The notes beneath the pieces are model-generated. The model saw only the letters and a program-made list of their open reading frames with translations, did no database searches and was not told the origin of the DNA. A stretch of 57,827 bases of DNA from Candidatus Falkowbacteria bacterium CG1_02_37_21 (GTDB taxonomy: Bacteria > Patescibacteriota > Patescibacteriia > Patescibacteriales > UBA12465): NCBI GenBank assembly GCA_001871165.1, contig MNUT01000024.1, positions 1 through 57,827 on the forward strand, given 5' to 3'. This document shows positions 26,925-36,244 of the stretch, in pieces. The translations under genes were made by a program, and so were the position numbers. The first letter of the stretch is position 1; each line of letters begins with the position of its first letter.

Positions 26925-28190
26925 ATGAACAAATATAAAATTGATTTTTTGTCAAACAAAATGCCCCTGATTTCTGTGCCGTTAAAGGCTTCGCCTACGG
27001 CTACTATCTTGGTGATAGTGAAAACAGGCTCTAAATATGAGACTAAACAGGATAATGGTATTTCACACTTCTTGGAACACATGTTCTTTAAGGGGACCAA
27101 ACAACACCCTACGGCCTTAGATTTGTCTAGTAATTTGGATGCTCTTGGTAGTGAGTATAACGCTTTCACCTCTAAAGAATACACCGGTTATTGGGTTAAG
27201 GTAGCGGCCCCTAAAATTAAGAAAGCTCTACATATTGTAGGCGATATGTTATTGAATTCTAAATTTGAAGAGGCGGAAATTGAGCGGGAAAGAGGTGTAA
27301 TTGTAGAAGAGGTTAATATGTATGAAGATAATCCCATGATACACGTGGAGGATGTTTTTGAGGAATGTCTGTACGGTGATACGCCGGCCGGCTGGGACAC
27401 GATTGGTACTAAAGATAATATTCGTCGTTTTACTAGAGAAGATTTTTTAAATTATTTTACTCGGCAGTATGGCAGTAAAAGCATGTTTGTAATTTTAGCC
27501 GGCGGATTCAAAGCGACGGATAAAAAGGTGGCAGCGGAAATATTTGCTAAGTTTCCCTGCAACGCTTGGGCTGATAAATTGGCACTACGAGAAAAACAAA
27601 ATAAACCTCAGTTAAAAATTGTTCATAAGAAAATTGATCAAATTAACTTATCACTGGGAGTGCGGGCTTACCCGGTGGGTCATGCGGAAGAGTTTCGCGT
27701 TAAGTTATTGTCAATTATATTGGGGGGATCGATGAGTTCACGTTTATTTATTAATTTGCGGGAAAGAAACGGCTTGGCTTATAGTGTGCGCAGCTCGGCG
27801 GAATTTTATTCCGATTCCGGTTATTTAACGACCCAGGCCGGCGTGCCCACCGGTAAGGCGGAGGCGGCGATAAAAATAATTTTGGCAGAATATAAAAGGA
27901 TTGCTCGGGAAAAAGTGGGCAGTAAAGAATTAAAACGGGCTAAGGATTTATTAGCCGGTAAAGTTTTATTGCAAATGGAAGCGACGGATGATATTGCCAC
28001 TTGGTACGCTCGTCAGGCGATACTGAGAAAAAAGATGTTGACGCCACAGGATTTTTTACGAACGATTAAAAAAATAAGTGCCGCGCAATTATTGGCAACA
28101 GCCAAGAAAATTTTTGTAAATCGTGGTTTAAATTTAGCGCTTATCGGACAAGCGAAGCCGGCGGAGTTAAAAAAGATTTTAAAATTTTAA
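26925..28190 (+). CDS. M16 (insulinase/pitrilysin) family zinc peptidase
   Basis: 421 aa with the inverted zinc motif HFLEHMFFKGT (HxxEH). Confidence 0.85.
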   Translation: MNKYKIDFLSNKMPLISVPLKASPTATILVIVKTGSKYETKQDNGISHFLEHMFFKGTKQHPTALDLSSNLDALGSEYNAFTSKEYTGYWVKVAAPKIKKALHIVGDMLLNSKFEEAEIERERGVIVEEVNMYEDNPMIHVEDVFEECLYGDTPAGWDTIGTKDNIRRFTREDFLNYFTRQYGSKSMFVILAGGFKATDKKVAAEIFAKFPCNAWADKLALREKQNKPQLKIVHKKIDQINLSLGVRAYPVGHAEEFRVKLLSIILGGSMSSRLFINLRERNGLAYSVRSSAEFYSDSGYLTTQAGVPTGKAEAAIKIILAEYKRIAREKVGSKELKRAKDLLAGKVLLQMEATDDIATWYARQAILRKKMLTPQDFLRTIKKISAAQLLATAKKIFVNRGLNLALIGQAKPAELKKILKF

Positions 28191-28200
28191 ATCAACAAAA

Positions 28201-31200
28201 ATGCCTGAGGAGAATTTACCTCAATTAAATAAGGAACAAACAATGGCACTGAAGCATGATCAGGGGCCCTTGTTAATTGTGGCTGGTGCCGGGACGGGAA
28301 AGACTACGGTTTTAATTAATCGTTTAGCCTATTTAATCACCAAACGGCATATTAATACCGATGAAATTTTGCTTTTAACTTTTACGGAGAAAGCGGCGGG
28401 AGAAATGGAGGAGCGGGCCGATAAAATTTTGCCTTATGGTTATGTAGATTTATGGATTAATACTTTTCATGGTTTTGGTGAAAGAATTTTACGTGAGTTT
28501 GGCTTGGATATTGGTTTAGATAGCGGTTTCAAGATTTTAAACGAAACCGAACAATGGGTCCTAATTAAAAAAAATTTAGCTCTCTTTAAACTAGATTATT
28601 ATCGTCCTCTCGGTAATCCGACTAAATTCATTTCTGAACTATTGCATCATTTTTCTCGCTTGAAAGATGAAAATATTTCTCCCGCCGAATATTTGCATTA
28701 CGCTGATGAGCTGGAGTCTAGTCGGGTAGGAGCTGAGAGCAGTGATTCAGTAGAGGAAGCGCAAGAATTAGAGATGGAAATTGGCCGAATTAGGGAACTG
28801 GCCGACGCTTATTACACCTATAATCAGTTGCTGCTGGATAATAACTTTTTGGACTTTGGTGATTTAATCGTTTATGTTCTGAAGTTATTTCGAGAACGAC
28901 CGAATATCTTGAAATTTTATCGGAAGCAATTTAAATATATTATGGTGGACGAGTTCCAGGATACTAACTGGGCTCAATATGAATTAGTTAAGCTGTTAGC
29001 TGCGCCCAAAAATAATTTAGTGGTAGTTGGTGACGATGACCAGGCAATTTATAAGTTTCGTGGTGCCTCTTTATCTAATATCATGCAGTTTAAAGATGAT
29101 TATCCGACGGCGCCGGAGATTGTTTTAACTGAGAATTACCGTTCTCGCCAAGAGATTTTGGACCAGGCTTATAAATTTATTCAAAATAATAATCCTAATC
29201 GCTTAGAGGTAAAATTACAAATTGATAAGGTTTTACAGGCGAAAGGAGCAATAAATAAAATAAAACGTCAGGAGGCGGCTGTTAAATTTTTAAATTTTAG
29301 TTCAGCGGAGGAAGAAGTATCTTTTGTGGTGCAAACTATCATGGAATTAAAAGCGGCGGATCCGACTAAGGTTAATTGGTCCGACTTTGCGATTTTAATT
29401 AGAGCTAATAGCACGGCGGAAGCTTATGTCAAAGAACTAAATCGTCACGAGATTCCTAATCAATTTATGTCTTGGCGGGGGCTGTATTGTAAGCCTTTAA
29501 TTTTAGACGTTCTCGCTTATTTTCGTTTGTTGGATAACTATCATGAATCGGCCGCTTTGTTCAGAGTTTTGAATATGACGGTATTTAAAGTGTCGCATTC
29601 GGATTTAATTACCATTAATAAGATGGCGACGCGTAAAGTTTGGTCTTTGTACGAAGCTTTGAAAAATATTGATGCTATTCCCGGGCTGAGTGCAACTAGC
29701 GTTAAAAATATTAATAAGTTATTAAATTTAATATCCGCTCACTCGCTTTTAGTAGCCACGACGCCGCCGACCAAACTTCTTTTACATTTTGCTTATGACT
29801 CCGGCCTATTAAGTGGTTTGGATCGCGATCGTGATATAGAATTATTTTCTTATCTCAATCAGTTTTATCAAAAAATAAAAAAATTGGAAGAAGCGGAGGC
29901 GGATTTACGCTTGAAAGATTTTTTGGCGGCCATTAATTTAGAATTGGACGCTGGAGATACCGGCGCCTTAAAGTTAGATTTTGTTGATCATGATACGGTT
30001 AAAATTACTACGGTTCATGGTGCCAAGGGCTTGGAATGGCCTTATGTCTTTATTGTTAATTTGGTGGATAAAAAATTTCCTACCATTAATCGCGGTGAAA
30101 AAATTTCTATTCCGGACGCTTTAGTGAGAGAAAAAGTAATTCATGATGCTGATGTGCATTTAGAGGAAGAACGAAGATTATTTTATGTAGCAGCTACGCG
30201 AGCGAAAGATATTTTATATTTAACTAGTGCTCGTGACTACGGTGGTGCGCGTGAAAAAAAGGTATCGCGTTTTATTACGGAGATGGGCTTAGAAAGCAAT
30301 GCTCTGCCAAAAATAATTTTGAGTGAGAAGAATGAGTTTTTACGTGATTTACATCATCGTAACGAACGTGCTCTGGAGATTTCGTCTCGTTTGGCAAGTA
30401 TTGATACCTACCCTTTGCCGGATAAATTTTCTTTTTCTCAATTGGCGGCTTACAGCACCTGCCCCTTACAATATAAATTCGCCTTTATTCTTAAAGTCCC
30501 TATTTTAGGGGATAAAGCTTCATTAATTTTTGGCCGGGTGATGCATAATACTTTATATAATTTTTTATTACCAAAACTGGCCGGTAGGAAAAATTTACAA
30601 GATAGTTTGTTTGCGAGCTTAGACGCTGCGGCCGCCAAAAAGACGACTGATAATTTATTTACGGAGAAAAGATTATTGGAGTTGTATGAAGAATTTTGGC
30701 GCGCGGACGGTTATCAGGATAAAAAAGAAAGAGAGGACTATAAAAAAAAGGGCCGTGAGTCTCTAAAAAAGTTTTGGGCTTCCTATCAGACTCAAATGGC
30801 ACCCGATGTTTTATTTTTGGAAAAGAAATTTGCTTTTAAATTGGGTAGTGATTCTGTCAAAGGGACGATTGATCGGGTTGATAAATTAGCGGATGGCAGT
30901 TTGGAAATAATTGACTATAAAACCGGACGCAGTAAAACAAAACTGGAGTTTAAAGATAAGCGCCAACTTATTTTGTATCAATTATTTTTGGAAGAATTTT
31001 TGCAAGTTAAAGTTAGTGCTTTAAGCTACTATTATCTAGAAAGCGGAGAAAAAATTTCTTTTAGCCCTACGGTTAAAGATATTAGTAAGTTGCGAGAGGG
31101 TATTATAAAAGAAATTGCCGCTATTAAGAAGCGAGAATTTACAGCCACTCCCTCTAATATGTGTTCCTATTGTGACTTTAGGGAGATTTGTGAATTTCGT

Positions 31201-31209
31201 CAGCCCTAA
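28201..31209 (+). CDS. UvrD/PcrA-type helicase fused to a C-terminal PD-(D/E)XK Cas4/AddB-like nuclease with a Cys cluster
   Basis: 1002 aa. Walker A GAGTGKT and DEFQDT. C-terminal CPLQYKF...IDRVD...IIDYKTG...CSYCDFREIC gives a 1+3 Cys arrangement typical of a 4Fe-4S nuclease domain. Confidence 0.85.
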   Translation: MPEENLPQLNKEQTMALKHDQGPLLIVAGAGTGKTTVLINRLAYLITKRHINTDEILLLTFTEKAAGEMEERADKILPYGYVDLWINTFHGFGERILREFGLDIGLDSGFKILNETEQWVLIKKNLALFKLDYYRPLGNPTKFISELLHHFSRLKDENISPAEYLHYADELESSRVGAESSDSVEEAQELEMEIGRIRELADAYYTYNQLLLDNNFLDFGDLIVYVLKLFRERPNILKFYRKQFKYIMVDEFQDTNWAQYELVKLLAAPKNNLVVVGDDDQAIYKFRGASLSNIMQFKDDYPTAPEIVLTENYRSRQEILDQAYKFIQNNNPNRLEVKLQIDKVLQAKGAINKIKRQEAAVKFLNFSSAEEEVSFVVQTIMELKAADPTKVNWSDFAILIRANSTAEAYVKELNRHEIPNQFMSWRGLYCKPLILDVLAYFRLLDNYHESAALFRVLNMTVFKVSHSDLITINKMATRKVWSLYEALKNIDAIPGLSATSVKNINKLLNLISAHSLLVATTPPTKLLLHFAYDSGLLSGLDRDRDIELFSYLNQFYQKIKKLEEAEADLRLKDFLAAINLELDAGDTGALKLDFVDHDTVKITTVHGAKGLEWPYVFIVNLVDKKFPTINRGEKISIPDALVREKVIHDADVHLEEERRLFYVAATRAKDILYLTSARDYGGAREKKVSRFITEMGLESNALPKIILSEKNEFLRDLHHRNERALEISSRLASIDTYPLPDKFSFSQLAAYSTCPLQYKFAFILKVPILGDKASLIFGRVMHNTLYNFLLPKLAGRKNLQDSLFASLDAAAAKKTTDNLFTEKRLLELYEEFWRADGYQDKKEREDYKKKGRESLKKFWASYQTQMAPDVLFLEKKFAFKLGSDSVKGTIDRVDKLADGSLEIIDYKTGRSKTKLEFKDKRQLILYQLFLEEFLQVKVSALSYYYLESGEKISFSPTVKDISKLREGIIKEIAAIKKREFTATPSNMCSYCDFREICEFRQP

Positions 31210-31249
31210 TTTGGGCGATGGCTAGCTGATGTAGTATAATATATATTGT

Positions 31250-32260
31250 ATGATCGATACTAATAATCGTTTAATTAGCCCGATTGAACGCCAAGGCGAT
31301 GAAGCTTGGGATTTATCTTTGCGTCCCAAGACTTTGTCTGAATATATTGGTCAAAATAAAATTAAACAAAATTTGGAGATTACCGTGGCCGCCGCGCAGA
31401 AACGCGGTGAACCGATTGAGCATGTTTTATTATATGGTGCGCCGGGTTTAGGCAAAACTACTTTAGCTCACGTGATTGCCAATGAAATAGGAGCGAATAT
31501 TAGAGTGACCTCCGGTCCGGCAATTGAAAAAAGCGGTGATTTAGCCGCTATTTTAACTAATTTGGAAGCGGGGGATATTTTATTTATTGACGAAATACAT
31601 CGCTTACCAAAAATCGTGGAGGAAATTTTATATCCGGCCATGGAAGACTACGCCTTGGATATTATTATGGGCAAAGGCCCGAGTGCGCGGACTTTACGTT
31701 TGGATTTGCCTAAGTTTACCATTATCGGAGCGACAACTATGGCTAGTTTATTATCCGCCCCCTTGCGTGATCGTTTTGGAATTACTCATCATTTGAATTT
31801 TTATGAAACGGCAGACATTGAAAAAATTCTGCGACGCAGTGCTCGCATTTTAGGAATAGAAATTGACGGGGAGGCGGCTCTGGCTATTGCGCAGCGTAGT
31901 CGTCGCACGCCGCGTATTGCTAATCGTTTACTTAAAAGAGTACGTGATTATTGCGAAGTAAAGGGCGATGGCAAAATTTCTGTGAAGGATAGTCTGGAAG
32001 CTTTTCATATGTTGGAAGTAGATGAACTGGGCTTAGACTTAATAGATCGTTGTATCTTAGAAACCATTGTTAATAAATTTCAGGGCGGTCCGGTTGGTCT
32101 GAATACTTTAGCGGCTTCTACGGGAGAGGAAATGGATACGATAGAAAATGTTTATGAGCCTTATCTGATGCAACTGGGCTTTTTGGATCGTTCACCGCGG
32201 GGTCGTTTGGTGACTACTTTAGGTTATAAGCATTTAGGGCTCACGGGACCGTTGGTCTAA
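31250..32260 (+). CDS. ruvB: Holliday junction branch migration helicase RuvB
   Basis: 336 aa. [28 protein letters not shown] and [10 protein letters not shown]. Confidence 0.95.
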   Translation: MIDTNNRLISPIERQGDEAWDLSLRPKTLSEYIGQNKIKQNLEITVAAAQKRGEPIEHVLLYGAPGLGKTTLAHVIANEIGANIRVTSGPAIEKSGDLAAILTNLEAGDILFIDEIHRLPKIVEEILYPAMEDYALDIIMGKGPSARTLRLDLPKFTIIGATTMASLLSAPLRDRFGITHHLNFYETADIEKILRRSARILGIEIDGEAALAIAQRSRRTPRIANRLLKRVRDYCEVKGDGKISVKDSLEAFHMLEVDELGLDLIDRCILETIVNKFQGGPVGLNTLAASTGEEMDTIENVYEPYLMQLGFLDRSPRGRLVTTLGYKHLGLTGPLV

Positions 32261-32388
32261 CAACTTTAACTGGCACTTAGGCCGTTCTCTACTGGACTTA
32301 TTCGCCAAATATCAGACAAAAGTCGTATTTGATTTTTTTGCATTTTTTTGTTATAGTTGAATAAATTATTCTAAGTCGCCTATCAATT

Positions 32389-32958
32389 ATGAGAAAATTT
32401 TTTTTATTTGTTTGGGAGATTACCAAGATAGTAGTCATCTCGTTAGCTATTATTTTGCCGGTACGCTACTATTTGATTCAGCCTTTCTATGTTAAGGGGG
32501 CTTCTATGGAGCCGACCTTTCAAGACCAAGAATATTTAATCGTTGATGAAATAAGTTATAGGTTTACTCCACCGACGCGCGGTCAAGTAATTGTTTTTCG
32601 TTACCCGCTTGACCCCCAGGAGTATTTTATTAAAAGGATAATAGCTTTGCCGGGCGAGTCGGTTCAAATTAAAGATGGCCAGGTCATTATTTTTAATGTC
32701 ACCCATCCTGACGGGCTAGTTATTAATGAAACATATCTATCGGATAATATTCCGACTTATGATCAAAGCACAGCTAAGTTGACTTTAGGACCGCAAGAGT
32801 ATTTTGTCTTGGGTGATAATCGTGGCGCCTCTAAAGATTCTCGTAGTTTTGGTGCGGTTAATGGTAGTTTTATTACTGGTAAAGTTTTATTTCGTGGTTG
32901 GCCTTTAAATAAGGTAACAATTTTTAATCAAGAATATTGGCCACAGTATAATAATTAA
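32389..32958 (+). CDS. lepB: Signal peptidase I
   Basis: 189 aa. N-terminal TM helix, catalytic Ser in GASMEPTF, Lys box FIKRIIALPGE and GDNRGASKDSR. Confidence 0.9.
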   Translation: MRKFFLFVWEITKIVVISLAIILPVRYYLIQPFYVKGASMEPTFQDQEYLIVDEISYRFTPPTRGQVIVFRYPLDPQEYFIKRIIALPGESVQIKDGQVIIFNVTHPDGLVINETYLSDNIPTYDQSTAKLTLGPQEYFVLGDNRGASKDSRSFGAVNGSFITGKVLFRGWPLNKVTIFNQEYWPQYNN

Positions 32959-33001
32959 TCTCTTTAATTAATCTCTTTAATTTTAAAATTTTATCTATAA
33001 T

Positions 33002-34384
33002 ATGTCCCGTCGTAAAAAAATAAGTGCGGCCCCGACTGCCGCCTCCATTCGAAAAAACGATAAGATGACTGGCCGTCTTTTAGGTATGAAAGACTGGATG
33101 GGGCCAGAAGGTATGTACTTTGAATCTTTGTTGGAGAAGGCCAGAAAATTTGCCAAGCTTTATAGTTTTTCTCCGGTGAGTACGCCTATTCTTGAGAGCT
33201 ATGATTTATATAAAAAATCAACGCGTCGGTCGGCTGATAATGAGTTTTATGCTATTGATGGCGAAAAGAGTGAACGCATGATTTTACGTCCGGAAATTAC
33301 TCAAGGATTGGTGCGTGCTTATTTAGAAAATAATTTGGTTGAAACGGGACTGGCGGCGAGAATTTATTCTCTTGGTCCTATTTTTCGTCGTGAAAAACTA
33401 CAGACTGGTCATTATCGCGAGTCAACCCAGTTTAATATGGAAATTATCGGTGATCGCAAACCATTAGCTGAAGCTCTTTTGATTACCGTGGCTTATAATT
33501 TTTTTACTGAATTACAAATTAAAACCCAGGTTCAAATTAATAGTCTAGGAACAGCTGAGTGTCGTCGTGAATACTGTGTTAAACTTTTGGCTTTTTATCG
33601 GGAACGTGGTCGCCGTTCTAAGCTTTGTCGTTCTTGCCAGAATAACATGACTAAAAACTGTTTAAGTCTATTAGACTGTAAAGAGGAGGCTTGTATTGCC
33701 ATGCGCGCTGAAGCGCCGCAAATTGCCGACTATCTTCCGGTTGAAAGTCGGGAATATTTTACTAAGACTTTAGAATTCTTGGATGAACTAGGAATTTCTT
33801 ATAACTTCAATCCATACTTGGTACGCGGTTTGAATTATTATAACGATACTATATTTGAATTCTGGCCGGTTAATGAGGATGGTTTAATTCTTGGTAAAAC
33901 AGCTCTAGCTGGTGGTGGTCGCTATGATTCTATGGTGGAAGCGATGGGGGGAGAGCCTACACCGGCCGTTGGCCTGGCTATTGGTTTAGAACGGACTTTT
34001 TCCCGGATTAGAGATAAAAACCTCTTGACGGGAGAGGCAGAAGACGATATTGTATTTATTGCTCAATTAGGAGAACCGGCTCGATTGAAATCCCTGCAGT
34101 TATTTGATGAATTAAGACATGCCGGTTTCAATGTGCGCCAGTCCTTCGTTTCTGATAGTTTAAAAATTCAATTGGAAGAAGCGGTAGCGATGAGAGCTAA
34201 AACTAGCCTAATTTTAGGTCGCAAAGAGATAATGGATGGAACTATTTTAATGCGGGATATGGATTCCGGAGCGCAAGAGACGGTGGTTTATAAGAAAATT
34301 AAAGAACGTTTAGCCAGAAAAGATAAATTAATTGAAAAAAAAGTTAATAATAGAAAGGAGAGTGGATTATATGGCGGATTTTAA
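33002..34384 (+). CDS. hisS: Histidyl-tRNA synthetase
   Basis: 460 aa. LRPEITQGLVRAY, class II motifs, GGGRYD and a C-terminal anticodon-binding domain. Confidence 0.9.
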   Translation: MSRRKKISAAPTAASIRKNDKMTGRLLGMKDWMGPEGMYFESLLEKARKFAKLYSFSPVSTPILESYDLYKKSTRRSADNEFYAIDGEKSERMILRPEITQGLVRAYLENNLVETGLAARIYSLGPIFRREKLQTGHYRESTQFNMEIIGDRKPLAEALLITVAYNFFTELQIKTQVQINSLGTAECRREYCVKLLAFYRERGRRSKLCRSCQNNMTKNCLSLLDCKEEACIAMRAEAPQIADYLPVESREYFTKTLEFLDELGISYNFNPYLVRGLNYYNDTIFEFWPVNEDGLILGKTALAGGGRYDSMVEAMGGEPTPAVGLAIGLERTFSRIRDKNLLTGEAEDDIVFIAQLGEPARLKSLQLFDELRHAGFNVRQSFVSDSLKIQLEEAVAMRAKTSLILGRKEIMDGTILMRDMDSGAQETVVYKKIKERLARKDKLIEKKVNNRKESGLYGGF

Positions 34385-34604
34385 GAGAAAAACAGGAGAA
34401 AGTTTTGAAAGTTTTCTTCGTAAGTTTAAGAAGGGGCTGAAAAACAGTAAACGCTTGGAAAAAGCTCGTGCCAGTCAGCATCGCGGTACTAAAGTTACTA
34501 AGCATTTGCAAAAGAAACACGCCCTCATTGGTTTAAGTTTACGTAAAAAGAATGAATTTTTACGTCGCACCGGTAAATTACCGGAGAGCAACATGCAACG
34601 CTAA
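34371..34604 (+). CDS. rpsU: Probable 30S ribosomal protein bS21
   Basis: 77 aa and basic. ESFESFLRKFKKGLKNSKRLEKAR resembles the S21 core (E.F..ALRRFKR). The ATG at 34371 is preceded by SD AAAGGAGAG (34354-34362). The track's TTG at 34332 is rejected. Confidence 0.6.
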   Translation: MADFKRKTGESFESFLRKFKKGLKNSKRLEKARASQHRGTKVTKHLQKKHALIGLSLRKKNEFLRRTGKLPESNMQR

Positions 34605-34626
34605 AAGTTTTTTGTTTCGTATATAT

Positions 34627-34660
34627 AAAACCACGTTTCTAAGAGAAACGTGGTTTTGTT
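34627..34660. terminator. Bidirectional intrinsic terminator between convergent genes
   Basis: The 13-bp stem aaaaccacgtttc/gaaacgtggtttt has a 5-nt loop. A/T runs form part of the stem arms. Confidence 0.8.
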
Positions 34661-34678
34661 GTGGTTAGACTATTTATA

Positions 34679-36148
34679 TTAATTTTTAATGCCCGGTATA
34701 AATCTTTTAATATTGGTTAAAGTAGATTTTTTACTAAATTGTTTGATGCGATCACGGGCGCGTTTAGTTTTAGCAAATTTCAACCAGGCTAAGTTCGGGT
34801 AAGGGCGTTTTTTCTCAATAATAATATCAACGAAGTCACCATTTTTTAATTCTTGATCAAGACGGCCAATTTTATCATTAACAATGGCTCCCGCCGCTTT
34901 GTTTCCGATATTAGTATGTACAGCGTAAGCAAAATCAATTGGTGTCGCTTTTTCCGGTAGTTCAAAGACGTCGCCTTTTGGCGAAAACACAAAAATACGA
35001 TTATGGAAGATATCCATTTTTATTTTTTTGACCAATTCATCGGTGTCACTGATTTCTTTTTGGACATCTATTATTTCTTGTACCCAGCTTGGTTGCTGGT
35101 AGCTGGCGTTAGCTCCTGGTCTCATTTTATAATACCAATGAGCCGCTAAACCATAGATGCTTTCTTCATGCATTTCGCGGGTGCGGATTTGAAATTCCGC
35201 CGATTTATTCTCGGGACCGAAGACGGTGGTATGGAGCGAGCGATAGTCGTTGGGTTTTGGTACGGCAATATAGTCTTTGAAGCGTTGCGACTTAGGTTTC
35301 CAGAGAGTGTGAATAATACCAAGCGCCTTATAGCAATCATCTACGGTCGGGACAATAAGACGCAAGGCAAACACGTCATAAATTTCGTCAAACTTTCTTT
35401 TTTTCTCCTTCATCTTGAGATAGATACTATAAAGATGTTTAAAACGTACCTCTAACTCGTACTCAACACCGGCCTCGATTAGACGTGGTATTATGATATT
35501 TTTTACTTTTTGAAAAAAGCGGTTTCTTTCTACCTTTTTTTCTACTTCATATTTATATTCCAGCTCATGGTATTCGTCCGGATAAAGAATCTTAAAACAC
35601 ATGTCCTCCATTTGCCATTTTAATTGGCTAATACCGAGCAGACCGGCAATAGGCGCATAAATTTCTAAAGTTTCACGCGCTATTCTTTGTTGTTTTTCCG
35701 GAGTAAGGCTTTCTATTGTGCGAAGATTATTAAGACGATCGCAAAATTTAATAAAAATAACTCGCAAATCGCTGGTCATGGCGAGAAACATTTTTTTGAG
35801 GTTTTCACGATAACGTTCTATGCCGCGATATTTAAGTGTACCAAGTTTTGTTACCCCTTTTACCAGAGAGGCAATTTCTGATCCAAAGAGAGATTCAATT
35901 TCTTCTAAGTTATGGCTGGTATCTTCCGGCACATCATGCAGAAGACCCGCTGCCACCGTAGATAAGTCGGCTTTTATACTGGCTAATAAATAAGCGGTGT
36001 GAAGAGGATGTTGAATATATGGTTCACCACTTTTACGAGTTTGATCGCGATGAGCCATATCGGCAAATTCAAAAGCCAAAGTCAGAGCCGTAGTGTCTTC
36101 TTGAGGATGATTTTCCGTAAATTTGTTTATTATTCTTTCAATGGTCAT
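34679..36148 (-). CDS. rel: Rel/SpoT homologue: HD hydrolase + (p)ppGpp synthetase + TGS domains, without the C-terminal ACT region
   Basis: 489 aa. HD motif (HRDQTRKSGEPYIQHPL...HDVPED), synthetase motif (DYIAVPKPNDYRSLHTTV) and TGS (IFVFSPKGDVFELPEKATPIDFAYAVH). Confidence 0.85.
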   Translation of the reverse strand: MTIERIINKFTENHPQEDTTALTLAFEFADMAHRDQTRKSGEPYIQHPLHTAYLLASIKADLSTVAAGLLHDVPEDTSHNLEEIESLFGSEIASLVKGVTKLGTLKYRGIERYRENLKKMFLAMTSDLRVIFIKFCDRLNNLRTIESLTPEKQQRIARETLEIYAPIAGLLGISQLKWQMEDMCFKILYPDEYHELEYKYEVEKKVERNRFFQKVKNIIIPRLIEAGVEYELEVRFKHLYSIYLKMKEKKRKFDEIYDVFALRLIVPTVDDCYKALGIIHTLWKPKSQRFKDYIAVPKPNDYRSLHTTVFGPENKSAEFQIRTREMHEESIYGLAAHWYYKMRPGANASYQQPSWVQEIIDVQKEISDTDELVKKIKMDIFHNRIFVFSPKGDVFELPEKATPIDFAYAVHTNIGNKAAGAIVNDKIGRLDQELKNGDFVDIIIEKKRPYPNLAWLKFAKTKRARDRIKQFSKKSTLTNIKRFIPGIKN

Positions 36149-36186
36149 AGACTTGCCAATACGCCTTTTTTATTTTTTTATTTTTA

Positions 36187-36195
36187 TGTTATAAT
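36187..36195 (+). promoter_or_regulatory. Extended -10 element (TGTTATAAT) upstream of the giant-protein locus
   Basis: Exact TGnTATAAT, 50 nt upstream of the ATG at 36245, in a divergent intergenic region. Confidence 0.45.
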
Positions 36196-36244
36196 AATTT
36201 ATATTATAGTATAAAAAGGGCAGTTTTAAAAGTTTAGTTTTTTA

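Noticed and set aside
26915-27184. 89-aa minus-strand ORF overlapping the 5' end of the M16 peptidase gene; similarly 50566..50823 overlapping the secD start
   Set aside because: They overlap confidently called genes on the opposite strand and have no recognisable features or initiation signals.
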